Origin: Acaryochloris thomasi RCC1774
GTDB taxonomy: Bacteria > Cyanobacteriota > Cyanobacteriia > Thermosynechococcales > Thermosynechococcaceae
Direction: 5' to 3'
Length of the DNA: 32,000 bases
NCBI RefSeq assembly: GCF_003231495.1
Contig: NZ_PQWO01000029.1
Span: forward strand, 1 to 32,000
In this document: piece after piece, positions 16,524 through 24,805 of the stretch
Layout: each line of letters opens with the position of its first letter
How positions within the stretch are numbered: position 1 is the first letter of the stretch
The notes under the pieces: generated by a model
The model's input: only the letters and a program-made list of their open reading frames with translations
Told to the model about the DNA's origin: nothing
Database searches by the model: none
Made by a program: the position numbers and the translations under genes

Positions 16524-19133
16524 GTGGCTAAGCTCAGCGGCGCTCAAATCCGACAGAAATTTCTCGACTTCTACGCGGCCAAAAACCATCAAGTCTTACC
16601 GAGTGCTTCCCTGGTGCCAGAAGATCCCACAGTACTGCTCACCATTGCTGGGATGCTGCCCTTCAAGCCCATCTTCCTGGGCCAAAAGCCTGCTGAGTAC
16701 CCACGGGCGACGACTTCGCAGAAGTGTATTCGCACCAACGATATTGAGAATGTCGGGAAGACCGCCCGCCACCATACCTTCTTCGAGATGTTGGGCAACT
16801 TCAGCTTTGGCGATTACTTTAAAGAACAAGCCATTGCTTGGGCCTGGGAACTCTCCACAAAGGTGTATAAACTCCCCCCCGAGCGCATTATCCCCAGCGT
16901 GTTTGTAGAGGATGATGAAGCCTTTGCGATCTGGCGAGACAAAATTGGCATTCCTGCTCACCGAATTCAGCGTATAAGAGAAGACAACTTCTGGACTAGT
17001 GGCCCTACAGGTCCCTGCGGTCCCTCCTCAGAATTGTTTTATGACTTTTATCCTGAAAGGGGCGACGACAGTATTGATCTCGAAGACGATTCCCGGTTTA
17101 TCGAGTACTACAACTTAGTGTTCATGCAGTCCAATCAGGACAGCGAGGGTAAACTGACACCCCTAGAAAAGCAAAATATTGACACGGGCTTGGGTCTAGA
17201 GCGGATGGCTCAAATCCTCCAGGGAGTGCCCAACAACTATGAGACCGATCTGATTCTCCCGATCATCAAGACAGCAGCTAAGATCGCCGGGATTAAGTAT
17301 AAAAAGTCCGACGAGAAGACTAAGACTTCGCTAAAGGTGATTGGCGATCATATTCGGGCGGTCGTACATCTAATTGCCGATGGAGTAACGGCCTCCAATA
17401 CCGATCGCGGCTATATACTCCGCAGGCTGATTCGGCGTGTTGTGCGGCACGGTCGATTGATTGGTATTGAGGGAGCCTTTACAACTGAAGTCGCTGAGAG
17501 TGCGATCTCACTCTCTGAATCTGCTTTCCCTACCGTCCGCGAACGGGAGTCAGCCATTAAAGCAGAGCTAGAGCGCGAAGAGGCCCAGTTCTTGGCTACG
17601 TTAGGGCGAGGCGAAAAACTGCTGGCTGACATTATGGCTAGTAAACCAAAGCAAATCTCCGGCGAAGACGCCTTTACTCTCTACGACACCCACGGTTTCC
17701 CGTTTGAGCTAACCCAAGAGATCGCCGCCGAGCAGGGGCTAACGGTGGACGAAAAAGGTTTTGAAGCAGAAATGGCGAAGCAGCGCGATCGCTCCCGTGA
17801 TGCCCACGAAACTATCGATCTCACCGCTCAGGGTGCCTTGAGTCAGCTCAAGATTCATCCCACTGAGTTTTTGGGCTATACCCAGCCCGACTCTAGCGCT
17901 GCGGTAAAGGCATTGCTAGTAGAAGGCAAGTCTGCCGATAGTGCTGAGGCCGGAACGCAGGTGCAAGTAGCGCTCGACCAAACCCCTTTCTATGCCGAAT
18001 CCGGGGGACAGATTGGCGACCAAGGCTATCTGTCAGGTAAAGATGTTTTGGTCCGCGTCGAAGATGTACAAAAAGAGTCCGATGTTTTTATCCATTACGG
18101 ACGGGTTGAGCGCGGCAGTCTCAAAGTGGGCGATCAGGTTTCAGCCCAGATCGATCTGGCCTGTCGTCGTCGGGTGCAGGCCCATCACACCGCCACGCAT
18201 TTGCTCCAAGCTGCTCTGAAAAAATTGATTGACGAGAATATTGGACAGGCCGGTTCTCTGGTTTCCTTCGAACGCCTGCGGTTTGACTTCAACTATGGCA
18301 AGCCATTGACGGCAGAAGAACTGCAGTCCATCGAAGAGCAGATCAATACCTGGATTGCAGAAGCCCACGCAACGACCACCAGCGTCATGCCCATTGCTGA
18401 CGCAAAAGCCAAAGGTGCCGTTGCCATGTTTGGCGAAAAGTACGGTGCAGAAGTCCGGGTGATGGATGTCCCTGGTGTGTCAATGGAGCTGTGTGGCGGC
18501 ACCCACGTCACAAATACGGCTGAGATTGGCATCTTCAAGATCGTTTCTGAAGCGGGTGTTTCTTCTGGCATTCGTCGCATTGAAGCCATTGCGGGACCGG
18601 CTGTGCTGGAGTATCTCAACGTGCGTGATGCCGTGGTGCGAGATTTGAGCGATCGATTCAAAGCCAAACCGGAGGAACTGCCGGAACGGATTACAAACCT
18701 CCAGACTGAGTTGAAGTCTACACAGAAACAGCTTGAGCAACTCAAATCTGAGCTAGCCATTACTAAATCTGATCAGCTTGTCGAGCAGGCGGATTCGGTT
18801 GGTTCATTTAAGGTGCTGGTGTCTCAACTTGAAGGTGTCGATCCTGAAGCGTTGAAGACGGCGGCGGAACGGCTATTGCAAAAGCTAGGTGAAGGTGCAG
18901 TGGTGCTGGGGTCTGTCCCAGAGGCTGGCAAAGTCAGTCTGGTGGCGGCGTTTAGTCCAGAAGTGATTAAGCAAGGGCTGCAGGCAGGGAAATTTGTGGG
19001 TGCGATCGCAAAACAATGCGGCGGCGGCGGCGGCGGTCGTCCGAACTTAGCACAGGCGGGCGGACGCGATCCCAGCAAACTGGGCGCAGCCTTAGCTGAC
19101 GCTCGACAACAGTTAAGTGATGCTCTCGGTTGA
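16524..19133 (+). CDS. alaS: alanine--tRNA ligase
   Basis: 869-aa ORF with a GTG start. The N-terminus [32 protein letters not shown] parallels recalled E. coli AlaRS. Further matches are [18 protein letters not shown], the editing-domain HTATHLL...CGGTHV, and the C-terminal CGGGGGGRP motif. Confidence 0.95.
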   Translation: MAKLSGAQIRQKFLDFYAAKNHQVLPSASLVPEDPTVLLTIAGMLPFKPIFLGQKPAEYPRATTSQKCIRTNDIENVGKTARHHTFFEMLGNFSFGDYFKEQAIAWAWELSTKVYKLPPERIIPSVFVEDDEAFAIWRDKIGIPAHRIQRIREDNFWTSGPTGPCGPSSELFYDFYPERGDDSIDLEDDSRFIEYYNLVFMQSNQDSEGKLTPLEKQNIDTGLGLERMAQILQGVPNNYETDLILPIIKTAAKIAGIKYKKSDEKTKTSLKVIGDHIRAVVHLIADGVTASNTDRGYILRRLIRRVVRHGRLIGIEGAFTTEVAESAISLSESAFPTVRERESAIKAELEREEAQFLATLGRGEKLLADIMASKPKQISGEDAFTLYDTHGFPFELTQEIAAEQGLTVDEKGFEAEMAKQRDRSRDAHETIDLTAQGALSQLKIHPTEFLGYTQPDSSAAVKALLVEGKSADSAEAGTQVQVALDQTPFYAESGGQIGDQGYLSGKDVLVRVEDVQKESDVFIHYGRVERGSLKVGDQVSAQIDLACRRRVQAHHTATHLLQAALKKLIDENIGQAGSLVSFERLRFDFNYGKPLTAEELQSIEEQINTWIAEAHATTTSVMPIADAKAKGAVAMFGEKYGAEVRVMDVPGVSMELCGGTHVTNTAEIGIFKIVSEAGVSSGIRRIEAIAGPAVLEYLNVRDAVVRDLSDRFKAKPEELPERITNLQTELKSTQKQLEQLKSELAITKSDQLVEQADSVGSFKVLVSQLEGVDPEALKTAAERLLQKLGEGAVVLGSVPEAGKVSLVAAFSPEVIKQGLQAGKFVGAIAKQCGGGGGGRPNLAQAGGRDPSKLGAALADARQQLSDALG

Positions 19134-19795
19134 TGAAGGCAGTTATCTTTGATCTAGATCAGACACTCCTTGATCGCGAACAATCACTGATAAGTTTCGC
19201 TAAATGGCAGTGTCGCGGCATGCTGCGAACTAATATAAATGATGAGAATTTATTTATAGCCCGCTTCATCGAATTAGATGCAAACGGTACTGTCTGGAAA
19301 GATAGAGTTTACGAGAGTTTAATTTCTGAATTTGAAATACAGGGTTGGAGTGTTCCAGAACTTCTATCCGTTTACGAACTGTGTTTCTGTGGATTTTCCG
19401 TTCCAAAGAATGGGGTCAGAGATGCGCTCGATGAAATTTCGAAGAACTACAAACTAGGTCTGATTTCTAATGGGATGACACCTTTCCAAGAACGTAACTT
19501 TCAAAGCCTTGGATTTGCTTCGCAGTTTGAGAGCATCATTGTTTCTCAGGCCGTAGATATTCGCAAGCCTGACCCAAGAATCTTTGAGCTCAGTTGTAAA
19601 GAACTCGGAATTGATACATCAGAGGCTATCTACGTCGGAGATAATCCTGTCGCAGATATTGAAGGGGCAAGGGATACAGGATTACACACCATATTTATTC
19701 CTAGCTCGGTACATTCTAAATGCTCCATTGCAGACGCCATCTGTTCTGATATGAGACAGCTTCCGCAGATTATCAATGGCTTTGTCGATCCGTGA
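19133..19795 (+). CDS. HAD-IA family hydrolase
   Basis: ORF 19130..19795. The ATG at 19133 overlaps the alaS TGA by 1 nt (TGATG). Motif I is VIFDLDQTLLD, motif II is LISNG, and the final motifs are KPDPRIF...YVGDNPVADIEGA. The gene is AT-richer than alaS. Confidence 0.8.
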   Translation: MKAVIFDLDQTLLDREQSLISFAKWQCRGMLRTNINDENLFIARFIELDANGTVWKDRVYESLISEFEIQGWSVPELLSVYELCFCGFSVPKNGVRDALDEISKNYKLGLISNGMTPFQERNFQSLGFASQFESIIVSQAVDIRKPDPRIFELSCKELGIDTSEAIYVGDNPVADIEGARDTGLHTIFIPSSVHSKCSIADAICSDMRQLPQIINGFVDP

Positions 19796-19867
19796 TTGAA
19801 TACTGATTGCACAAGTAGCATGCGGCAACGATACAGCAGCGGCCTTCAATTCGTTAATAATAGGTCT

Positions 19868-20836
19868 TCACTCGGGCTTAGTTGCGATCGCAACCCCTCT
19901 CACCGGCCCCGGATAGCCCTCAATCGTCTTCGTCACATCATTGGGATCTAAAAAATCCGCCAGCGATTGCTTCATCATCCAATCTGTTGCCCGCTGCTCT
20001 TGAACCGTCGTCGGCGTCACATCCACAATCCGAACGTCTTGAAACCCGCATTGAGCCAGCCAAAGCCTGAGGGTACCGCAAGAAGGAATCGCCCACACAT
20101 TCCGCATTTGAGCATAGCGATCTTCGGGCACCAGTACTTGCTCTTGCTCTCCCGCCAGCACCAAAGTCTCCAGCACTAACTCTCCCCCCGGCCTCAGTGC
20201 ATCACCCAGCACCGCCAGATGCTCCAGTGGTTCGCGGCGGTGATACAGCACACCCATCGAAAACACCGTATCAAAAGCACACAAACAACCCGGCAGATGT
20301 TCAATCCCCAGCGGCAACACGTAGACTTCTGGTTGCGGTAGATAGCGTCGCATCGCCGCATACTGCATTTCAAATAAGCGCGATGGATCTAAACCAATCA
20401 CCAGTGCAGCCCCGGCCCCCGCCATCCGCCAAGCATAGTAACCATTTCCGCAGCCCACATCTAAAATCACCCGCCCCTCCAGGGGTTGAATCTGGTCCTT
20501 AATACGCTCCCACTTCCAGTCAGAACGCCACTCCGTATCGAGATGGAGACCAAATAGCTCAAACGGTCCTTTGCGCCAGGGCTTGAGCTGCTTCAGAGCT
20601 GTTACAAGTTGCTCTTGCAGTTCCCCATCAATATCCTTTGACCGACCGATCCTGACACCGTTGACCAAATCGACCTCACTGGGCAGCGCATCTGGAAGAC
20701 TGGCAACGGCCTGCTGCCATTGCTCCATATGACCGTGCTTTTTCGGTGCTGTTTGGAGCTGTGTTGGCAGCGTCTCTAGCCAGGGGCGCACAGAGGTTCG
20801 AGAGAGACGGTCATACAATCGATCGAGTTCAAGCAT
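19868..20836 (-). CDS. cmoB: tRNA U34 carboxymethyltransferase CmoB (ho5U34 -> cmo5U34)
   Basis: ORF 19868..20851. Long collinear matches to recalled E. coli CmoB include WLETLP, PWRKGPF, DTEWRSDWKW, ILDVGCG.GY, FDTVFSMGVLYHRR.PLEHL, GELVLETLV, VLVP.DRYAQMRNV, SLADFLDP and EGYP. ATG 20836 (MLELDRLY...) gives the same N-terminal spacing as E. coli, but ATG 20851 is possible. Confidence 0.9.
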   Translation of the reverse strand: MLELDRLYDRLSRTSVRPWLETLPTQLQTAPKKHGHMEQWQQAVASLPDALPSEVDLVNGVRIGRSKDIDGELQEQLVTALKQLKPWRKGPFELFGLHLDTEWRSDWKWERIKDQIQPLEGRVILDVGCGNGYYAWRMAGAGAALVIGLDPSRLFEMQYAAMRRYLPQPEVYVLPLGIEHLPGCLCAFDTVFSMGVLYHRREPLEHLAVLGDALRPGGELVLETLVLAGEQEQVLVPEDRYAQMRNVWAIPSCGTLRLWLAQCGFQDVRIVDVTPTTVQEQRATDWMMKQSLADFLDPNDVTKTIEGYPGPVRGVAIATKPE

Positions 20837-20884
20837 AAACGGGAGTTCCAAGCCTCCCTAGACTATGCCATGCTCTAGAAAGAG

Positions 20885-21610
20885 TTGAGGAAAAGAACCT
20901 TGGCAAAAGTGGGTGATGCCATCCAGGCTGCAAATGCGAACTGGTCTTTCGGGGGGCAAACCCGCGAACAGTTTGAACAGCATATTCATAAATCTGTTCC
21001 CTTTTATGCCGAAGGACATCAGCTTGTGGAGGCGCTCTCTGATTTCTTTCTAGTGGAAGGTTCAGTTTGCTATGACTTAGGCTGCTCCACCGGTTCACTT
21101 ATGGTCTCGCTCGCGGAACGTCATGCCAACAGGCAGATTCAGTTTATCGGCATTGACTGCGAAGCCGATATGGCTCAGCAGGCGCAGGCCCAAGGTCAAA
21201 CCTTTGCCAATATTGAGATCCGTCACCAGAACTTGATTGATGTAGAGCTGGAGCCAGCCGACCTGATTGTGGCCTATTACACGATGCAATTCGTCAATCC
21301 CAAGCATCGCCAAGCCATCTTCAATCAGATTTACGAAGCCCTTAACTGGGGCGGCGGTTTAATTTTGTTTGAGAAAGTGCGCGCCCCCGATGCTCGCTTC
21401 CAGGACATGACGACGACGCTCTACACCGACTTTAAGTTGCAGCAGGGTTATTCCGGCGATGAGATTGTAGCCAAGACCCGCAGTCTAAAAGGAGTCTTGG
21501 AACCTTTTTCCACTGCAGGCAATCTAGGATTATTAGAACGAGCCGGTTTTGTCGATATTATGACAGTGATGAAGTACGTTTGTTTCGAGGGTTTCCTAGC
21601 CATCAAGTGA
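20885..21610 (+). CDS. cmoA: carboxy-S-adenosyl-L-methionine synthase CmoA
   Basis: 241-aa ORF, collinear with recalled E. coli CmoA. NWSFGGQ...FEQHIHKSVPFY matches DWTFDE...FPDMIQRSVPGY, and VCYDLGCSTG is SAM motif I. MQFVNPKHRQAIFNQIYEALNWGG is also matched, and the C-terminus is ...CFEGFLAIK. No in-frame ATG follows the upstream stop at 20876, so the start is non-canonical (TTG 20885, TTG 20900 or GTG 20909). Confidence 0.88.
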   Translation: MRKRTLAKVGDAIQAANANWSFGGQTREQFEQHIHKSVPFYAEGHQLVEALSDFFLVEGSVCYDLGCSTGSLMVSLAERHANRQIQFIGIDCEADMAQQAQAQGQTFANIEIRHQNLIDVELEPADLIVAYYTMQFVNPKHRQAIFNQIYEALNWGGGLILFEKVRAPDARFQDMTTTLYTDFKLQQGYSGDEIVAKTRSLKGVLEPFSTAGNLGLLERAGFVDIMTVMKYVCFEGFLAIK

Positions 21611-21697
21611 TCTAGAGGTGGTGCGAAACAGTTGGAGATAAATAAATGACCTATGCCCTAACCATACGCTTAAAAACTCAGTTCTAAGCTATGTATT

Positions 21698-21732
21698 CTC
21701 CCCCCTTTTTCAAGGGAGGCTGAGGGGGATCT
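21698..21732. repeat. short GC-rich palindromic mini-repeat (cyanobacterial CCCCC...GGGGGATC type)
   Basis: The sequence CTCCCCCCCTTTTTCAAGGGAGGCTGAGGGGGATC lies in the intergenic region after cmoA. C-run and G-run arms can pair. It resembles the dispersed repeats that yield spurious '...KGG.GGI/DL' peptides in cyanobacterial annotations. Confidence 0.45.
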
Positions 21733-21883
21733 GACTCGTGGCCGTATGCAACAGGCTTGCTAAAATTACGGGTTGTAGAGCGATAGCTGAGGGAAGAGCA
21801 TACTTTAAAGTGTGGCAGATGTACCACCATTTTGGCCCGTGCCTAGTTATCACGACTAATTACTATTTGAAGAGTTATCAACG

Positions 21884-22489
21884 ATGCAAAGATATCTAAA
21901 ATTTTCTCTACTGACTTTATTCATTGCGCTATCCGCATGTACAAATGGGAATCTCACGGAGAACAGCAGCATTGAAACGGCTGCTGAACCAGAGAATATT
22001 GACTCAGCGTTCACTCAAGGTGCCGAGCCAGAAGATGTTGAACCGACGGTAGAAGGCGTCGGACGGATCGAATCGGAATCAGAGCCAACACCAGTGGCAG
22101 CCGCCCCCAGCGAGGTGCTTCAGACCCAGCCAGGGCCAAGGGGTATGGAGGTAGACTTACGTCGTGCTGTCGTTACTGGTGATATCCTGACCGTTGAAAT
22201 CACCTATCGCAACCCGACTGATAGGGTCCAATCTACGGTCTACAAACCTGATAAAGTCAGCATCATTGATGATGCCACCTCGAAACGGTATGACGTGCTT
22301 CAAGACGACACAGAGCGCTACATGGCATCGCCATTAGCTGCGACAGACAGCATTAGCCTCACGGCGGCGTCCAAGGGGGGAGCAGCTACTGGGTGGTTCA
22401 AGTTCCCGGCTCCGCCCCCTTCTTCAGAGACAATCTCGGTCAATATCCCCGAGGTAGGAGCTTTCCTAGGTGTTCCGGTGCAGCGATGA
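21884..22489 (+). CDS. hypothetical lipoprotein with acidic linker and C-terminal beta-rich domain
   Basis: 201-aa ORF. The signal plus lipobox is LLTLFIALSAC-TNG. An E/P-rich linker is followed by a ~110-aa domain (DLRRAVVTGDILTVEITYRNPTD...GWFKFPAPP). No family recognised with confidence. Confidence 0.7.
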   Translation: MQRYLKFSLLTLFIALSACTNGNLTENSSIETAAEPENIDSAFTQGAEPEDVEPTVEGVGRIESESEPTPVAAAPSEVLQTQPGPRGMEVDLRRAVVTGDILTVEITYRNPTDRVQSTVYKPDKVSIIDDATSKRYDVLQDDTERYMASPLAATDSISLTAASKGGAATGWFKFPAPPPSSETISVNIPEVGAFLGVPVQR

Positions 22490-23136
22490 GCAAACATTTG
22501 ACCACAATACTCTTGCTGCTTATATCTGCGCTGGTGGGCTGCAGTGAGCCGATTGCCGAGTTGCCCCCCGAACCACCTGCGGGGAAAGAAGCCTCTTCGC
22601 CTGTTTTGCCTTCTCCTGACAGTGAGCTTCCTACTCCCTCTGAACAGAGTCAAGACCGTCTTGATTCCAGTACTCGTAGCGAGAATAATGATGCCGGTAG
22701 ACCTCTCACCGCGCGAGTAAGCGATCTCAATGCGCTTGTCGATGAGCTGGGTGGGCGTGTGACGGCGCAAGAGATTACGGTTCCACTCCCCGCTGACGTT
22801 CTGTTTGATTTTGATAAGGCCGAGCTGCGTTCTGATGCCCTGCCCACGCTCCAGCGTCTTGCAGATCTAATCAGAGAAAGTGGTGATGGAGCAATTCAGA
22901 TCGAAGGACATACAGACTCTAAAGGTGAAGAAGCCTACAATCAGCCTCTCTCTGAGCGGCGCGCCCAAGCCGTTGCTGATTGGCTCACCAGTCAGGGTAT
23001 AGGCTCAGATCGCCTACGCTCAAGTGGCTTGGGTGAATCAAAGCCAGTCGCAGAAAATACAAATGCAGACGGCAGCGATAATCCTGAAGGACGTCAGCAA
23101 AATCGACGGGTAGAGGTCATTATTCAGCGAGAATGA
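22486..23136 (+). CDS. OmpA-family (OmpA_C-like, peptidoglycan-binding) lipoprotein
   Basis: ORF 22393..23136. I choose ATG 22486, which overlaps the upstream stop (ATGA) and gives MSKHLTTILLLLISALVGC-SEP (lipobox). The OmpA_C-like core is VLFDFDKAELRSDALPTL...IEGHTDSKGEEAYNQPLSERRAQAVADWL...NRRVEVII. Confidence 0.85.
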   Translation: MSKHLTTILLLLISALVGCSEPIAELPPEPPAGKEASSPVLPSPDSELPTPSEQSQDRLDSSTRSENNDAGRPLTARVSDLNALVDELGGRVTAQEITVPLPADVLFDFDKAELRSDALPTLQRLADLIRESGDGAIQIEGHTDSKGEEAYNQPLSERRAQAVADWLTSQGIGSDRLRSSGLGESKPVAENTNADGSDNPEGRQQNRRVEVIIQRE

Positions 23137-23241
23137 TGACGAAAAGGGGTGCTGCTAGCTTTGTCCTGAGAGAGGAGCAGCGTTACCGGCTTGATGTTCC
23201 AAGCCTGTTATTTTAGACGTTTTGCAGATAGGAACTCGACA

Positions 23242-23311
23242 AGTCGGTTTTGTCGATATTATGACGGTGATGAAGTACGTCTGTTTTGAAGGGTTCCTCG
23301 CTATCACGTAG
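23242..23311 (+). pseudogene. orphan copy of the last 22 codons plus stop of cmoA
   Basis: 59 of 70 nt are identical to 21541-21610. It translates in frame as VGFVDIMTVMKYVCFEGFLAIT*, against AGFVDIMTVMKYVCFEGFLAIK* at the end of cmoA. An in-frame stop lies upstream at 23192-23194 and no N-terminal part is present. Confidence 0.85.
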
Positions 23312-23324
23312 CCCCAGTCACACC

Positions 23325-24281
23325 ATGCCAGATCATTCACTCGTTATAGAGCCACCTTGCGATCGCCCTATCGTAGTGGCAACCATGTATAAATTTATAT
23401 ACATAGAAGACTGCCTGCCCCTCAAAGAGCAGCTCATCGAAATTTTTCAGGCCCACAACCTCATGGGCACCATTCTCTTAGCCACAGAAGGCTTAAATGG
23501 CACCGTTGCCGGTCCAGCATCGGGAATAGAGGCTCTATTTCAGTTTTTGCATCAAGATTCACGATTTGTTGACCTATGGCCGAAGCTTTCCTACGTACCA
23601 AGCCCCCCCTTTAAACGCATGAAAGTTAAGGTGAGGCGCGAGATTGTCTCCATGGGCTTAGAGGGCATCGATCCAGCAGAGAAAACCGGCACCCATATTG
23701 ATCCTAAAAACTGGAATGAGCTGATCCGAGACCCCGAAGTGCTGGTAATTGATACTCGCAATCAGTATGAGTATGAGATTGGTACCTTTGAAGGGGCTAA
23801 GTCGCCTGAGACCGAGAATTTTCGACAATTCCCGCAGTTTGTTGATGAGCAGCTTAATCCCAAAGAGCACCCAAAAGTCGCAATGTTTTGTACCGGTGGA
23901 ATTCGTTGTGAGAAGGCTAGCGCCTATCTATTGGAACAGGGATTCGAAGAGGTCTATCAGCTAGAGGGCGGCATTCTCAATTACCTACAGGCGCACCAGC
24001 CTGAAAATTCTCTATGGAATGGCGAATGCTTTGTCTTCGACGAGCGCGTTGCCGTCGATGAACAGCTTCAACCCGGTAGCCATACCATGTGTTTTGGCTG
24101 TCGCCACCCGCTATCCGAGCAAGACTATCAATCAGAGAAATACGAGCCAGGCATCTCCTGCCCCCATTGCTTCGATCAGCTAACTGAAAGCCAGCGTGCT
24201 AGCTTTGCAGAGCGCAGATTACAGATGGAGCTTGCGGCCCAACGCAGCCAAAAACATCTGGGAACATCGGAAGAAACGTAA
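23325..24281 (+). CDS. trhO: rhodanese-domain tRNA uridine(34) hydroxylase TrhO (YceA/UPF0176 family)
   Basis: ORF 23286..24281. I prefer ATG 23325 (MPDHSLV...). It is collinear with recalled E. coli YceA. Matches include YKFIYIED (YKYFHIAD), EGLNGTVAGP (EGINAQISVP), RMKVKVRREIV, VIDTRNQYEYEIGTFEGA, the active-site loop MFCTGGIRCEKASAYL, LEGGILNY and CFVFDERVAV. Confidence 0.88.
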   Translation: MPDHSLVIEPPCDRPIVVATMYKFIYIEDCLPLKEQLIEIFQAHNLMGTILLATEGLNGTVAGPASGIEALFQFLHQDSRFVDLWPKLSYVPSPPFKRMKVKVRREIVSMGLEGIDPAEKTGTHIDPKNWNELIRDPEVLVIDTRNQYEYEIGTFEGAKSPETENFRQFPQFVDEQLNPKEHPKVAMFCTGGIRCEKASAYLLEQGFEEVYQLEGGILNYLQAHQPENSLWNGECFVFDERVAVDEQLQPGSHTMCFGCRHPLSEQDYQSEKYEPGISCPHCFDQLTESQRASFAERRLQMELAAQRSQKHLGTSEET

Positions 24282-24296
24282 GGCTGTGCAGGCCCG

Positions 24297-24800
24297 TTAC
24301 GGTTTACGCACCGTAATAGGATTTGTAAACAGCGTTGAATTCGGTATTAGGATGCGATCTCCTTCAGTTTCCAGGGTTGTGTAGCGCAGATCAATTTCAA
24401 TCACCGTTCCCTCTAAACCCGACACCGTAATCCAGTCCCCACGGATAAACGGACGGTAGGTCAAGACAAGTACACCAGAGAGCAAATTTGACAGAACGTC
24501 CTTGAGGGCAAAGCCTAGAGCAAAGCCCGTCAGACCTAGGCTAGCAACCATCGCTGAGACATCAACCCCCATCGTGCCCATTGAGACGGTTATACCCACT
24601 AGAATGATGCCCACAGAGACCACTCGGCGCAGAAGGTTAACAATATCCCGATCTAGATGGCTACGCCGACCGACCTGATCAACAATCCTTCCGGCAACGA
24701 GACTGAGAAACCAGAAGACAAGCAGGCTCAGTAAACCTGAAATGAGCTGAGGGGTAAATAGCAAGAGTTTCTCAGTCAATGCTTTAATGCCGTCGTTCAT
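24297..24800 (-). CDS. small MscS-family mechanosensitive channel-like protein (lacks C-terminal alpha-beta domain)
   Basis: 167-aa ORF. It has three TM helices, including a pore-helix-like LGLTGFALGFALKDVLSNLLSGVLVL, then the beta-domain YRPFIRGDWITVSGLEGTVIEIDLRYTTLETEGDRILIPNSTLF. The protein ends right after that. Confidence 0.75.
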   Translation of the reverse strand: MNDGIKALTEKLLLFTPQLISGLLSLLVFWFLSLVAGRIVDQVGRRSHLDRDIVNLLRRVVSVGIILVGITVSMGTMGVDVSAMVASLGLTGFALGFALKDVLSNLLSGVLVLTYRPFIRGDWITVSGLEGTVIEIDLRYTTLETEGDRILIPNSTLFTNPITVRKP

Positions 24801-24805
24801 ATTCT

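Noticed and set aside
19017-19035. GGC/GGT trinucleotide run resembling a microsatellite
   Set aside because: It encodes the conserved C-terminal poly-Gly motif (CGGGGGGRP) of AlaRS, so it is functional coding sequence and not a slippage repeat of interest.
16589-19078. Numerous 60-155-aa ORFs in other frames and on the other strand inside alaS
   Set aside because: These are shadow ORFs within an unambiguous 869-aa AlaRS reading frame.
19882-20502. Plus-strand ORFs 19882..20070, 19967..20179 and 20197..20502, plus minus-strand ORF 20829..21098
   Set aside because: They are antisense shadows of cmoB and cmoA respectively, with Pro/Ser/Arg-rich low-complexity translations.
22318-22770. 150-aa minus-strand ORF, and the 31-codon N-terminal extension (from 22393) of the OmpA-like ORF
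   Set aside because: The minus-strand ORF is antisense across the junction of two well-supported lipoprotein genes. For the OmpA-like gene, ATG 22486 yields a proper lipoprotein signal peptide and ATGA coupling, so the extension is not needed.
23286-23324. TTG 23286 as the start of trhO, which would extend it into the cmoA relic
   Set aside because: The extension (MKGSSLSRSPSHT) is read from the relic in a different frame. ATG 23325 gives an N-terminus consistent with YceA/TrhO proteins.
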